From the NCBI GenBank assembly GCA_009914755.4, contig CP086569.2, positions 21,696,001-21,760,000 of the forward strand: DNA of 64,000 nt, read 5' to 3'. The DNA comes from the human T2T-CHM13v2.0 reference genome, Homo sapiens. The position numbers and the translations under genes are program-made. The stretch's first letter is position 1. Each line of letters starts with the position of its first letter. Below the pieces are notes generated by a model. It did not search any database. It saw only the letters and a list, made by a program, of their open reading frames with translations, and was not told where the DNA came from. Below, in pieces: positions 28,290 through 56,637 of this stretch.

Positions 28290-28631
28290 TTTTTTTATTA
28301 TACTGTGAACTTTAGGGTACATGTGCACAGTGTGCAAGTTTGTTACATATGTATGCATGTGCCATGTTGGTGTGCTGCACCCATTAACTCTTCATTTAAC
28401 ATTAGATATATCTCCTAATGCTATCCCTCCCCCCTCCCTCCACCCCTCAAAGGCTCCAGTTTGTGATATTCCCCTTCCTGTGTCCATGTGTTCTCATTGT
28501 TCAATTCCCACCTATGAGTGAGAACATGTGGTGTTTGGTTTTTTGTCCTTGTGATAGTTTGCTGAGAGTGATGGTTTCCAGCTTTATCCATGTCCCTACA
28601 AAGGACATGAACTCATCCTTTTTTATGGCTG
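28290..28631 (-). mobile_element. L1PA 3'-end fragment (~340 bp), heavily 5'-truncated
   Basis: T7 tail, then tatactgtgaactttagggtacatgtgcacagtgtgcaagtttgttacatatgtatgcatgtgcc...catccttttttatggctg, the L1PA 3'UTR and ORF2 end in antisense. Confidence 0.9.
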
Positions 28632-30000
28632 GTTGTTTTGTATCTGGTTTTTATTTTTTCATTCTTAATTGTTGTTCTGATTTGTTTGCATTAATTTTCT
28701 GATTCCCTTGTTTTTCAATATGCTTCTTTGAAATCAGGATTTTGAATTATTGACCCAGAATTTTGTGAATTTCATTTTGACTGAAATCTGTTGTTTGCAA
28801 ATTATTGTCTTTGATTGGTGGTGTTTTATTTTCTTGTTTGTTATGTTTTCTCTGTCCTTACATTAGTATCTACAATGGTGTAACAGTCACCTTTATAATT
28901 TTTTGAAACTGCATTCATTGAGAGAATTTTTTTCTGAAGAATATATGTGTTTTGCTGGTTGTATGGGATGATTTAACTTTCAATTTTTGGTGCCTACAAT
29001 GGTATGATCTCCATATAAGTTTTTTGAGAATACACAGGATTAGTTGTAGGATCCTGTTGTGGATCCTGGGGTGGGGGGCAATTTTGGGCCTCCAGGGAGC
29101 TTATTCTGATAAGATATAGGGAGTGGCAGTGATAAGCCAAGCATATAGATGATCCTTAGGACTCCTGGGCAACTAATGAGATGAGGGTGATGACAGAAGC
29201 AGTAGTGGAGCAACCCACTGGAACCCTAGTAGTTCATGCTGACACTAGTAGTGGCAGTAGAGGTTTGGGTGGGCCAGTTCTCTGGTCCACTAGTGTGGCA
29301 TGTTCAGGTTGATGTCAGCTGTGGTGGTAATGGCAGGTTGTGTTAGCCAGTGCTTAAATCCTGGGAGGAGCAACTGGGCTGAACAATTAATAGGCCTTGG
29401 ATGTACTGGGATCACCAGAATATGCCAGCAGACTTGTTCTCAGGCTCCTTGGTTGTACATACAGTTGCTGACTGTGACTGAAAGAAAAGAATGTTCTTCA
29501 GGGCACCGGCAGAGTGCTCACCTGTCAGCTGTGCCAGCTATGCTGCAGGGCTGCCACTGGGAAGTGTGAGGCCTCTCTCAGCTGGAGCAGCATCAGGAGG
29601 TAACAGTGGAGAGTGTGGCCAGCCTTTCTTTTGGTCTCACAACATTCCATTGCTGTTGTGTTAGGATTTGTTGTATGTGGACATGGGAGTGCTCGGTCTT
29701 CCCTATCTTTTCTCAGACCAGTGGTGGCAACAGCAGTGACCACATCATTCTGAATTCAGGACAGGACACAGACTCTGTGAGTTAACTCTCATAATAATAT
29801 TAAGCTGAAGCAACTCTGGACTCAAATGTTTGTAGTACTTTGTGTGATCTTTCTTTCTGGAACAATTTCTCCGTGCATTCTCTAGGCAGCTGTGTATGTT
29901 AGGTTTAATGACCACACAAGAGGAGAGATTCTCTCACAACTAAGATTGTTAAATCTCACAGTGCAAGTGTGAAGTTCTTTCTCTTACTTTTCTCCTGTAT
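28632..30000 (-). mobile_element. Probable 5' region (ORF1 start and 5'UTR) of the old L1M spanning 16500-30000. Assignment of 29030-30000 is uncertain
   Basis: 28640-29030 is colinear with the ORF1 start and adjacent 5' leader of old-L1 antisense consensus (gttttctctgtccttacattagtatctacaatggtgtaacagtc...). 29030-30000 has about 50% GC and no ORF2 similarity. It sits where an L1M 5'UTR would be expected but shows no similarity I can verify. Confidence 0.35.
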
Positions 30001-30099
30001 CTAGTGTCTTCCCCTAGCTCTAAGCCTATTGCTTTGCTCTCCTTCCTCATTTTTGGTGGTTCCTATCACATCTCTGTTGAATCTCAGTATTCCTTCTTC

Positions 30100-30983
30100 G
30101 AATCCATTTGAAGTATTGGTATTTTGCCATCTTGATTCTCCCTTCTCTCAAGTGGAAAAGTGGAATTTTTATCAAACCTTATGATTATGAGATAATCATA
30201 AGATTTTGTCCTTCATTCTGTGGATATTAATGGATTGGTGTTTGTTGGAACCATTCTTGCATCCCTGTAACAAATTCACTTGATGATGATGCATAATCTT
30301 TTGATTCACTGTTGAATTTTGTTTGCTACTATTGTGTTGAGTTTGTTTTTATCTATGTTCACCAGGGATAATGGCATTTTGTTTTCTTTTTTTGTGTGTT
30401 ATCATAATTTGTTGGTCAAGGTAATGCTCACTTCACAAAATAAGTCAGGGAGTATTCCTTTATCCTGTTTTGAAATAGTTGGAGGAGAATTGGCCTTAGT
30501 TCTTCTTTGTAAGTGGGCACAATCCAGCAATTAGGCTTTCCCGTCCTGTACTTTTCTTTGTTGGAAGACATTTATTATTAATTCAATTGTTACTGATTAT
30601 TGGTCAATTTTGATTATCTATTTCTCTTTAATTCAATCTTGGTAGGTTTTGTATGTGTTGCTATTTACTCATTACCTCTAGTTCTATTTTATTACTGGAT
30701 AGCTGTTCATAACAGTCTCTGATAATTTTTTTTTATTTTTGCATCAGTTGTAACATATTTTTTTATTTCTGATTTTATTTATTTGAATTTTTTCTTTTTC
30801 TTAGTTCCACTAGTGGCTTATTAGTTTTATATTTTTTCAAAAAATTTATGTTTTGCTTTTTTGTGTGTTTTTAAGTCTCTATTTGGTTCAGTTCTCCTCT
30901 GATATTTAGTAGGTCCTTTCTTCTATGAGTTTAGGTGTTCTATTGTTTTGCTTTTTATTAACTTTTATTTCATCTTTCTCTCT
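30100..30983 (-). mobile_element. Separate old L1M fragment: ORF2 RT-domain region, cut by the L1PA at 30984
   Basis: Colinear with old-L1 ORF2 RT antisense consensus: ...gtccttcattctgtggatattaatgg...gaaccattcttgcatccctg...cagggataatggcattttg...ggaagacatttattattaattcaattg...ttttcaaaaaatt.... Confidence 0.75.
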
Positions 30984-37420
<6,437 letters not shown>

Positions 37421-40400
37421 GAGATGAGAGCATTATTTTCAATGGCATTTCCTGAGTCCTATGAAGTCTTTCTTCTAGTTCCATCCACACACTCCTCTGG
37501 AGACCTGAGGACAAATAGTGACAGATTAGATTAATTTATTCAATTAGAGATTTAGTCCATGTAGAGCAGTTCTGCTGTACATATTTGTATGCATTCTTTC
37601 TTTGTTAAGTTTTAAATATTAAGACCACAAGTATTTGTTAATTTTTTATTCCCTTAGAATACTTATAGTTATAAGGAAATATATATCAATATTTTAAAAT
37701 CTTTCTTTAAATATTGAACTCTCAATGCTAGAGCCAGATTCTGTTGCTTGAGTTCAAAAGCATCTTTTTCTATTATTAAACTAACATGAGTTTTTGTATA
37801 ACCTTTGTTAATTGATTCATGAATTGTTTGTTCTGTCTGCTTTACAAGCTCTATGAGAAAATTCATTCTTTACCCTCATGTAGAAAACATTTTCCAGACG
37901 TATTGCAGCTTGAACTTTCACTGAACAAGAACTCTCAGGCTTAAGTATTAAATTGTAGACATGGGGTGTGGATAATACCGTCATAGCTATGGAGAAAGTG
38001 GTAATGGTGTCACTGTGTTTGGAGGTGAAGGGCATATTAGACATCTCTCAACCTCATGTCTTGTTGAATACTGTGCACAGTTTTCTGCCTATATTAACTG
38101 GGACCAACAGTTAGTAGTCAGGCAAGAAGGAGGATCAAAGGGAGCTAGATAGAAACAGGTGAATATGAATGAAGATCTGGAAGTAAATTAAAACAATATA
38201 TGAGAAAATAAGAAAGAACAGAAAGATAATTTCTCATTACATTGTGCTTTTATTTCTTTTTAATGAACTCATCTTTTACCTAATGCTACTTAATCTTGGT
38301 AATGCTGCCAGGTGTGTGGTGGATGCTCAAGGGGTAGTCAGATTTTCTCATGTCTGGTAGCCAAGGAGAGGAACTATGTCATGGAGAAAATTGGAAGTGG
38401 GTACAGATAACCCTGTGCTCTGTGCTGAATCTGTGCTGAATCTCTGAAATCGGCAAAACCAGTAGGCAAAACATAGGCAGTTATGGGGAACTACATGTTT
38501 ACATACATCTTCACCTAAGCTGATTTGTCTTGATCTTGAAGAGGATTAAAAGGGAAAACATTTTATAGCTTCTCAATTTTGATCCACTTAAATGTTTTCC
38601 TCTCTCTCTGGTAAATCTTGCAAAGTAACCTAGGAGACTAGGAAACTTGGACAGCTATCTCAAATTTACTTCTCCCAGTGTACAGACTGAATCTAGGGGT
38701 TTTCTCCATGGGTTACTTTGTTTGCTTGGTGTAGGGGCTTTGTAGTTAAAGAGGACCATTAGCCTTACCATGTGCTCATGTTTCTTTCTTTATTCTGCAT
38801 CCCAAGTGACTGTCACAGCCTCAGTTCATGTTCTGGAATGTTGGGGTGATAATGTTGCCTCTAGATTCGCTTGTATGTGGGTGACACTGAAGCCAGATAA
38901 CTCCTACTTTGCCATTTTGCTGACATCACTGTCCTGTTTTGTCCTTTGTATTAGGGCCATGCTGTTATAAGTGTGGAAAGGAGGTCACTTTCCACCACAT
39001 ACTACTGCATACACTAGTGGTGCTGCCATCATTGAAGTGCGTAGGCTCCCTGTCATTCACTCGTCAATTCACAGGGGCCTGCCCATGTACCAGGGTTGTT
39101 TGAAAAAACAGATGCTGCCACTTGTTTCTCTGTTTATGATCAGGGGATTGAAAAAAGGGAAAGGCACATCCTTCTATCATTGGAAACACTATTTTCCCCA
39201 TTGGCCTCTTCCTACAGATATAGTTTATATTTTACTAAGGCATTAGTGTTATTATTGACTATCTGCTGAAGAAGTATGAGACCCAGGGTATAACAGAAAA
39301 CTGGGTGCACAGCAGCAATAAAGCATGTTCCTAAAGTGCCTTATTCTCTGTGTGGGCCCTGTATGAAGAAAAGAGCTGCCTTTCTAATACATTGTAATGA
39401 GTCATGGCATTCAGGTGACTATGTATGCAGAAAGTCATTGGTAGCAAGAATAGGTTATTTTTTACTCCATGGGCTCCAGGGTGTGCAATTGATGGCAGCA
39501 AGGTTCCTCAACACCAAACTCAAAAGTCAGTGGGAGCAGGATACTTAGGCTGAGGTAATAAAACCTCAGATAATGGGTTCAGGGACATAATTCGAGAAAA
39601 GTCACAATGTCATCCTGGGAAACACAATCTTTTTATGCTGGGACCTCTCCATAGCTGCAGAACAGTTCAAAAGTTCTGAACATTTGTCACTGCAATTTCA
39701 GGACAATTTTTAAAGCAATATCAAGAAACAGCATTATGTAGTGGCAGAAAGTAGCATAATAGAATACTGGCAAGCAGCAGGGAAACTAGAGAGGCAGACA
39801 GCAGTCTTCCAACCTAGTTTTCTGTATGATAAGTAGCTATGCAAAATGCATGAATCTTTCCTTATCTAAGAATCATTTGGGATTAATATTTCTAATTGTA
39901 TGAGATTACTATTTATGAGATAGTGTAAAAAGTCTGATAGCAAGGGCAGTTGAACAGTTTGTCATGAAGCTATGGTTAAAGAATGGCTCTGCAGATGTAT
40001 TTCTTGTTCATCTTGGTCAGGCTTGGCCAGGACTAGGCAGCAATCAACTGGTGTTTTCCTATTACTTTCCATACAATAACCTACATACATTTATTTGAAA
40101 TAAATACATTTTCTAAAACCATACAAGCTATGAAACCTGGATCATGAAGATATAGAAACCTGAATGGACCAATAATGGAGACATTGAATTAGAAATAAAA
40201 ACCTATCATTCAAGAAAAGTCTGGGATGAAGTGGCCTCATTTAGAAATAAACTTTAACAAGTGAAGTAAAAGAGATTTATACAGAAAATTATAAAATATT
40301 TATTAAAAGTTAAAAACAAAAGTAAAGAAAATACTTTTTGTGTTCACAATTTGGAAGACAATACTGCAAAAATGCCCCTACTATGCAAAACAACCTAAAG

Positions 40401-40499
40401 ATTTTATCCTGGAACTTTCAAAATCTCAAGGACCTTTTAAACATAAAATTAGAAAAAATAAAAATAAAAACACTGATGTAGACTAAGAAAGGAAACCAG

Positions 40500-41778
<1,279 letters not shown>

Positions 41779-42569
41779 AAAAAAAGACACCAGGTGGCCA
41801 AAAAAAATCCTGAGAAAGAAGAAAATGCTGTAGATATCACATTTGCTGATTTCAAAATGAACACAAGCTATAGTAATCAAAGTGGCTTCGATAGGCATGA
41901 AAACACACATAGTGACCCATGAAATGAACATATTCACTAGAAATGACCTATATATGTACAATAAATCTTTGAAAAGGGAGGCAAAACTTTAAAATGTGAA
42001 AAGAAAATTCTCTTTAACAGAGAATATTCAGAAGTGAATCCACATACTAAAGAGTTATATATACATGCTAAAGGAGGGAACCATGTCATTATCTTACCCC
42101 ATCCTAAAAATAAAATTAGAATGTATTGGTAACTTAAACATAAGACCTGAAATAAAAAGGCTTCTAGAGAAAGGCTTAGGAGAAAAGTTTCTAGCCACTG
42201 ACTTTGAAAATAATTTATTAAATATGTTACAGAAGTGTAGTCATAAGAAACAAAAATAAACATTTTAGGCTATGTCAAATTGATAAGCTTCTTGACAGCA
42301 AAAATACCAATCAGCAAACTGAAAATATAACCTATAGAATCAGAGCAGCAAACCCAATATCTGATAAGTTGTTAATATCCCAAATACCAAAGGGACTCGT
42401 ATACCTAAATAGGATAATAAAAGCCAAACAGTTGTTTGATTTTTTTGTAGGCAGTTTTAAAACCACCTACAATTAAGGAGATATTATAATGGGGCAATAT
42501 TTTGAGTAGACATTTATTCAAAGACACACAGTTGACCAAAAAGTATGTGGAAAAGTTCTCAACATCACC

Positions 42570-42573
42570 AACT

Positions 42574-42603
<30 letters not shown>
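42570..42603. repeat. (A)33 homopolymer inside the L1M ORF2. An expanded internal A-rich tract, not an element tail
   Basis: L1 ORF2 homology continues on both sides (HHQLA before, IKTTMSG after). The A run replaces the IREMQ codons. Confidence 0.8.
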
Positions 42604-42607
<4 letters not shown>

Positions 42608-43539
42608 GTAAATTAAAACCACCATGAGTGGTTAAGACCATAGGGGAACACATAAAGATTTATAGGGCTTTCAGTTACTGTAAGTGCCTGCAAAGGTGAG
42701 GATCTTTTGTCGGTGGGTAAGAAGGTTGAATTTCAAAAATGGCCAGTCCATTCTGAATGTATTTGGGGCCATGAACATGCATGGCTCTATTCCATATCTA
42801 CCTGTGCCTTACAGAATGAAGACATTGTGATTGGTCAGAGGGGCAAGTGGCTTAACCAGATTGTGGGGGTTTGGTTGGTTGGCATATATGTTAGTGGAGG
42901 TTGGTTGACTTCCAAGAAACCTCCATCAGCAGCTCGTTGTGCTGCATTACTAGATTCAGTATAGGGTCTCAAGGACTCTTGGAAGTTTCCAACAAGTTCT
43001 AGTCCAGTTGGATTTCTCAAACCTGCCTGGGTCAGCCCCATCTCCTGCCTCTTTGGCCATTGCTCAACTCTACACACAGAGCCATGCCCTTGGGGTAATC
43101 AAGAACTTATTCTAGGACTTCAGTCTCTCTCCCTACATTAAGCACCCAAAGTAGTGGCTGAAAGGGGTAATAAAGTAACATCTTACAATTCTGTACTGCC
43201 TGAATGAGGACCAGAGGCCTTTGGAAAACATGACTCCTGGGTGTCTCTTATCTGATAATTAATTAGCTGCCCCTATATGGTTTCTAGCTCCCAGAGTATC
43301 TGGCTTCCTCTGAGAAGTGAAAAATGAATGTTTTGGGGTCGTTTTATTTCATCTTCAGAGTCCAATTTGAGTCCTTTACTACACCTCAATCCATAACCAT
43401 TACTACCTCCCCTGCCTGTCCAATCTTACCTGCTCTCATGTCAAAAATACCACAGCCACTGCAGATGGCTTCAGAACTTCCCTGCCTTATTTTTTAGAAA
43501 AATTCTCCACTCTATATGCCCTGATTAGGAGACTGACTG

Positions 43540-43868
43540 CTGGGATCTTCTTATTATTTTATTTATTTATTTTTTATTTTTTTAACTTTTTATTTTGAAA
43601 TAGAGATTCACAGGAAGTTACAAAGGTAATACAGAGATCATCCATGTTTCCTTCACCTACTTTTCCCCTATAATTACATCTTAAAGTATGAGAAGCAGGA
43701 ATTTGATATTGATGACATATGTTTGTGTAGTTCAGTGTATTTTATCAAATATGCAGATTTATGTGACCGCTACTGTAAAGAGCTATTCCATCACCACAAA
43801 TATCACCCTTATGCCACCTCTTAACAGTCATACCTCTCTCCCTCCCCCAATAATTTCCTTTTTTAACA
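43540..43868 (-). mobile_element. Old L1 (L1MA/L1MB-like) 3'UTR fragment
   Basis: Antisense old-L1 3'end motifs: ttttattttgaaatagagattcacaggaagttacaaaggtaatacagagatcatccatg...ctattccatcaccacaaatatcaccc...cctctctccctccccc. Confidence 0.75.
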
Positions 43869-43869
43869 T

Positions 43870-47530
<3,661 letters not shown>

Positions 47531-47676
47531 ACCCTTATTATTATTTGAAAAATAAAAGAACTTACTCTGGGAAAAAAAAAAAGGCCAGTTACCACAAATG
47601 GTAATGGTAGCTTGGGCTGAACTGGGTTAACACAGCAATGTCCTAGGGCTCTCTGTCTTAGAAGGGACTCAATAAA

Positions 47677-47715
47677 GGGTGTGTGTGTGTCTGTGTGTGT
47701 TTGTGTGTGTGTTTC
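47677..47715. repeat. (GT)n-like imperfect microsatellite
   Basis: gtgtgtgtgtctgtgtgtgtttgtgtgtgtgtttctctg. Confidence 0.8.
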
Positions 47716-49489
47716 TCTGTTTGGCTTCATTTCTCTCCTTTCTGCATGACTTTCACTGTTTGTTTATTTTGATTGCACATTAGTTCTGCTTGAAAGTCAG
47801 TGCATGGAGCTAGCTCAAGTGTCCTGGGGATTCACTGTGCCATATTTGCATAAGACTAGGGTATGTGCAGAGTGTGTAATGGAGTTCAGTTGTAATGACC
47901 TTTTGTTTTCTTATCCTAGTTTAACTCAAAAACCATCACCCTAATATTTAAGTACTGGCTCCATTTCCTGTCTATTTCATGGAAAGACCATTAATTTCAT
48001 TGAGGTAGCAGCCCAGATCTAGTAAGTAAGGGGGTCTAATCTGGTATACATTAGAATAGTAACTGGCAATTTGGACTTTGTGTCATGGGTGAAAATTTCC
48101 AGCTTCTCTAGGTGGTGGGCAGAAGACTCACTTCCTTTGAACTCCACCCCCTCCAGAACACGCTTCTCCCATCCCAATGAGGACACTCTTTCGGAAACTT
48201 CCTTTAACCTTAAATAGAAGAGAGTCTTTCTTGATGGGGATGTTCAGGAAATGGAGCCAGTGCTCACATATTAAGGTGCTGGTTCTTGGGTTAAACCAGG
48301 CTAAGACAGCACCACATGAGGATGGGCTCAGGAAATAGCTCTGACAGGTCTCTAGTATTTTTTTCTGGTCCCTTGTTTGCAAATGCCTAGAGGGAGATCT
48401 CATTGGCCACCACAGTATGTTTGGGTGTGTGTGTGTGCGCGCATGTGTTCACACGCACGCATATCCCCCTGTGGGTTTGTGTGTATTCATTGCTTTGTTT
48501 TTCTCCTGTCTGCATTAAGCCTATGGACATGCTGAAGCACCTTGATGTTTACTGAAATCGGGGCAAATACACATACTTTAATACCTAAGGCCTCAATGTG
48601 TGACATTTACTCAAAAATGGTGTGTACATACTGACTGGGTGATGATGTTTAGAGACAAGAAACACTGATTTTTGTGCCCCATTGTTATTGCAAAATGACA
48701 TTTTTAAAAACTGGATAACATAGTAAGTCTGTGGAGAGATCTACTCTGCCATAGGATGAGATAGCAGCCTGTGGTTCAGAACACTGGCTTGAGTCTAAAA
48801 AATCTTAAGGCCTCCAGTTGTTGGCAGAGACAAAGAAGGTAGAATGCATTTGTCTGAGGGTCATAGTTGGGGGTTTTACTTACTCCTACATAGTCCTGGA
48901 TTTGTGTGAACCTTTTAGTGTGTAGTGCTAGGTGTTCTTTCTCCTGTGCCACAGGAAGGTCTAGGGAGCTGCTAAAGGGTGTGGGGACAGAGGGTCAGAT
49001 GATGTTTGCAGAGAGTCTTACGGTTGCCTGTGGCAAAACAAAAGAGACTTAAATTCTTGATGGTGGGAAGGACAACAAAAGCCTATACAACCTGTTATTC
49101 TTAATCTGTCTCTTATCCTAATCCAGACATGGCTTAACACCCTTAGCTAGAGATTGCAAAGGAGACTGTGCCTGTGTGTGTTTGTGTGCCCTTGCATATT
49201 GGCAGATTCATATTGGTACCCCAAGCATCCATGCCTTTAGTTGCAGTTTCATTAAGCTCAGGTCCATTCTCATGCTAAAGAGTCTCTAAACTGCCTTAAG
49301 CTTCCTAGTGCATGCATGTGCAATTTGCTCCTCTTGTCTGGTTTGCCTTGGTAATTCTTGCTCCATTCTGCCAACTGATTCAGAACTAACTTATTAGCCA
49401 TTATTTATAGAAGTTTAATTAGAAGTGAATCAGACAAAATGGAGACTTGAAACGGGTCAAGACTATTTTTAAGAGACATTATTGTTTCA

Positions 49490-50260
49490 GAAAACTTGTG
49501 AATGTACAGCAAAATTGAGGGCAGAATACAGAGAGTTTCCATATGCCCTCAGTTCCTATACACTCTCAGATGCCCCCACTAACAACATCCTACACCAGAG
49601 TAGAAAATGTATTACAATCAGTGAACTTATATTGACACAGTAATATCACATGGAATTCAGAGTTTACCTTAGGATTTACTCTTGTAAACGTTTGGAGAAA
49701 TGTATAATTGCAATGAAACAAATGATTATTATGTCAGCTATTTTAATATTATGCAGCATATTTTTACTACCATAATAATCCTGTGTTCTACCTATGTATT
49801 TTTTCTTTATTTCCCCTAATCACCAGAAATCACTAATCTTTACAATTTCTTTGTAGATTTGCCTTTCTCTCAATGTCATCTACTGGGAATAATGTAGTAG
49901 ATAACTTTCAGAATTGCTTCTTTCAGTTATTAATATGCATTCAAGATTTCTCTTTGTCTTTTCATGGCTCAATAGGTAATTTCTTTTCAAAGATGACCAA
50001 TATATCATTTTCCAAATATAGCAAAGTTTTATTTATCAGTTAACTTATTGAAAGACACTTTTGTTTCACTTAACTTTTGGCATCTATGAACAAAGCTGCT
50101 ATAATCACACATGCAAGTTATTGTTTAGACATCAGCTTTTATGCTATTTAAATAAAGACCAAGGTGTGCTACTGCCGGATCACATAGGAATAGTAGGTAT
50201 AGTTTTGTCCATATTAATAGAGTATTTTAGATTGTAGAAGATAACATATTAATATACTGA
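49490..50260 (-). mobile_element. Old L1 (L1M-type) 3'-end fragment
   Basis: Colinear with old-L1 3'end antisense consensus: ...cagaatacagagagtttccatatgccctcagttcc...cccctaatcaccagaaatcactaatctttacaatttc...tcttttcatggctcaatag...ggcatctatgaacaaagctgctataatcac... Confidence 0.6.
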
Positions 50261-50767
50261 GAAATTAATTCTATGAAGACAGTAAAACTTGAAGATTAAG
50301 AACTACATAATCATGAGAGCTGTTAAATGATAAAATTAGACACATTGAAATATTAAGAACTTTATTTAAAGAGTCAACAACTCATGAGTCTGTTAGACCC
50401 ATATTACAAGTAGTTTAGAGACCCAAAAGAGTGAGTTAGTGAGGGTGGGCATAAACTTTTACAAGGTGAATGTTGGAGAAGGAGAAAAACATACATATAT
50501 ATTTGATTGGATAAAGTGAAACGGTGGCCTCATTGGAAATATTGCTACAGAACATTCTTCAGAGGTTCGTTGGTGGCTTCTGGTTGGTTGAGGTTAAGCT
50601 TCCCTTTATTATTTACATTGAGTCAAGTTTCACTATTTACACTGAATCAAGATTGGGTTTGTTTAAGGAGAGACTCAGGACACAGGAGCCTCCACAGCCT
50701 AATGGTTTCCCACTGATTTGATTATTTTTAACAGAGAAGATTATATTAAAAGTTAGACTGATGTCAT

Positions 50768-51102
<335 letters not shown>

Positions 51103-51607
51103 CTGATGTCATTGAAGTCTTTTATCTCAGATTTGCCTTATACCAGAAGTAAGAGGCACTTTTTTCTTACATATTAGACAGAGGAAGATAAGGTAGGTAC
51201 AGACTGTTCATATTACTTTCGGGAGCAATGGAAAAACAATTGGTTTTTGCCTGGCAAAATATATTTTTTAATAATTTGTCAAAATATTAGGTGGAAGAGG
51301 TTGAATAAAGGTTGAACATAGAAGATATTTGTTATACTTGTTGGGTTTCTGAAGAAATGGTATCACTGGAGAAACATAAATTTTTACTTATTTCTAGAAA
51401 TATTTAGGGCCAATTTGTTGTGTGGATAATTTGAACTTATGAGAATACTTTCTGACCTCTGTTTAATACTCCTCTTGTTCATCTGAGTGGTGTCCTTGAG
51501 AAAACAAAGAGTGAAGCTCATCCAGAAATGGGATTGTGTCAGATAAAGGGAGAGCAGCAAGTGAGCGTCTAATGTGTTAATGAAAATTTGACTTCTGAAG
51601 TGGTTGA

Positions 51608-51936
<329 letters not shown>

Positions 51937-52904
51937 GTGTTTGGCATTTTGAGTAAAGGGGAGGGTGGGTATACAGATCAGATGTGTTGTTTATTTATTC
52001 TCTTAACAGATAAAATTACAAGATTAATGAACTGTACTTCTTGACAAGGCTGAAGTATTTGTACAAATGCTCTGAAGGGTAGGATGGTGCAGTCAGTCTC
52101 TTTATTCAGAAATCAGTAGAACATGTCTACAAGCAGTGAAGAGAAATCATTTAAAAATATGTGAAAACAGAAGGTTTCTCAAAGCAAGTGGCACCATAAT
52201 CATAACAGAATATCCCCAGAATAAACTGAGCTGTCTGCCTTCAGCCTTGGGTAGTGCCTATTGTCTGCCCCAGTGATATGTTACAATGATTTGTGATCAC
52301 AGTGCCTCAAAATAGACTAATGTATATTGAGTAAAATTAAGCCCACAGTAAAGCTACCCAACCATCCCCACAGAGATAAACAATATGAATGGCTGAGGAG
52401 AAAAGGTACGCTTGCTGCACCCAGGGTAATGAGAGATGTAAAACAAACTGACAGAAATCAAAAGATGGATGATGTAATGAGAATAAACCCACATGCAGAG
52501 AATTATAAAACCAACAGAGACCAGGTCTTGTCCAAAATGCCTTTGGAGGCTTTGCTCATGATAACTTTGAGAACTTTTCCAGATCTGATGGCTGCTACTG
52601 GCATCTCTTCCTAGAAGAAGCACTGGTCACTTCATTGACTGCCTTCTGAAGGATGTCCAGAACCACTGGACTTCTCTGGAGGCACATTGGTGTCCTAGGT
52701 AATCACTGTGGTTTCTTACCTTACTACTGCCTTTGTATAGAATTAATTGCATAAATGATAGTGCCAAGGTTTTTTGATAAACGGTTAATGTCAGTGTACA
52801 TAATTGGCTGTTGGTTGCTCTAAAACCTCACAGCTTTAGTAAGAGTTAGCACAGCTTGGAAGATTTCACCTTATTCACATTATTGGTGGGGATAATAGAC
52901 CACT

Positions 52905-53191
52905 CACAGGCTGCTATAAAGTAATACCCAAGAATGTGTAATTAATAAATAAAAGACTTTGACTCACTGCTCCACATGGCTGTGGAGGCTTCAGGAAACT
53001 TAAAATCATGTTGGAAGACACCTCCTCACAGGATGGCAGGAGAGAGAATGAGTACAAGCAGGGGAAATTCCAGAGGCTTATAAAACCCTCAGATCTCATG
53101 AGAACTCACTCACTATCATGAGAACAACATGAGGGAAACCAATCCCATGATACAATTGCTTTCCAATAGGTCCCTCCCATGACACATGGGG
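52905..53191 (-). mobile_element. Solo LTR of the ERVL-MaLR group (THE1/MST-like), truncated
   Basis: Reverse-complement colinear with the THE1 consensus: ...cacatggctgtggaggcttcaggaaactt...agatctcatgagaactcactcactatcatgagaacaacatgagggaaaccaatcccatgatacaattgctttccaataggtccctcccatgacacatgggg. Confidence 0.7.
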
Positions 53192-54415
<1,224 letters not shown>

Positions 54416-54585
54416 AATAACAAAAATGTGATCTGTATTATAATATGGAAATGTATGTATAAATTATATAGAAGCATAAATTAAAATATATGAATGAATA
54501 GAGATTTGAATTATGATCTGATCTGTGGTCAGCTATTTTAAATATTTTCTATATCATCTAAATTGGAAAGTATTGCCTAGTTGAT

Positions 54586-54700
54586 TTTTTTTTTTTTTTT
54601 TTTTGAGGTGGAGTTTTGTGTTTGTCACCTAGGCTGGAGTACAATGGTACAATCTAGGCTCACTGCAACCTCTGCCTCCCAGGGTTCAAGCGAGTTTTCT
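54586..54700 (-). mobile_element. Partial Alu (about 115 bp of the right-monomer end)
   Basis: T22, then gaggtggagttttgtgtttgtcacctaggctggagtacaatggtacaatctaggctcactgcaacctctgcctcccagggttcaagcgagtt. Confidence 0.8.
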
Positions 54701-55180
54701 TTAAGCATCATTTTCAATTGTTCATTGCTGGTATGCAAAAGTACAGTTGGTTTGTTTATACTGATGTTTTGTACTGCAACCTTGCTGAACCCATTTACTA
54801 GCTGTGATTTTTTTTGTATGGATTCCTTTAAATTTTCTACATACATAACATGTCATTTTAAATACAGGTAGTTTCACATCTTTTTTAATCTCTATACCTT
54901 TTATTTTTTTCTCTCTACCCCAAAACCTAATTGTGTTGGTTAAAACCTCTAGTATTGTATTGAAAAATAATTTATGTTTCACTTATTTTTGATATGAGAG
55001 AAAGTTTTCAGTCTTTTGTCAATAACGAGAGTCAAACTCTGTAAAATATTTTCAAGATTTTTTTTCTGAGACAAATATAAGTCACCATGGCCTTTGACAC
55101 AGCCTGAGAATGTATGCTCAATGTGGTCATGGTGCAGCTTGGTTTTGGTTTTATATATTTTACAGAGGCATGAGACATCA

Positions 55181-56637
<1,457 letters not shown>

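Noticed and set aside
42570-42603. (A)33 run as the poly-A tail or 3' end of a retroelement
   Set aside because: L1M ORF2 homology continues directly on both sides, so this is an expanded internal A-rich tract rather than an element boundary.
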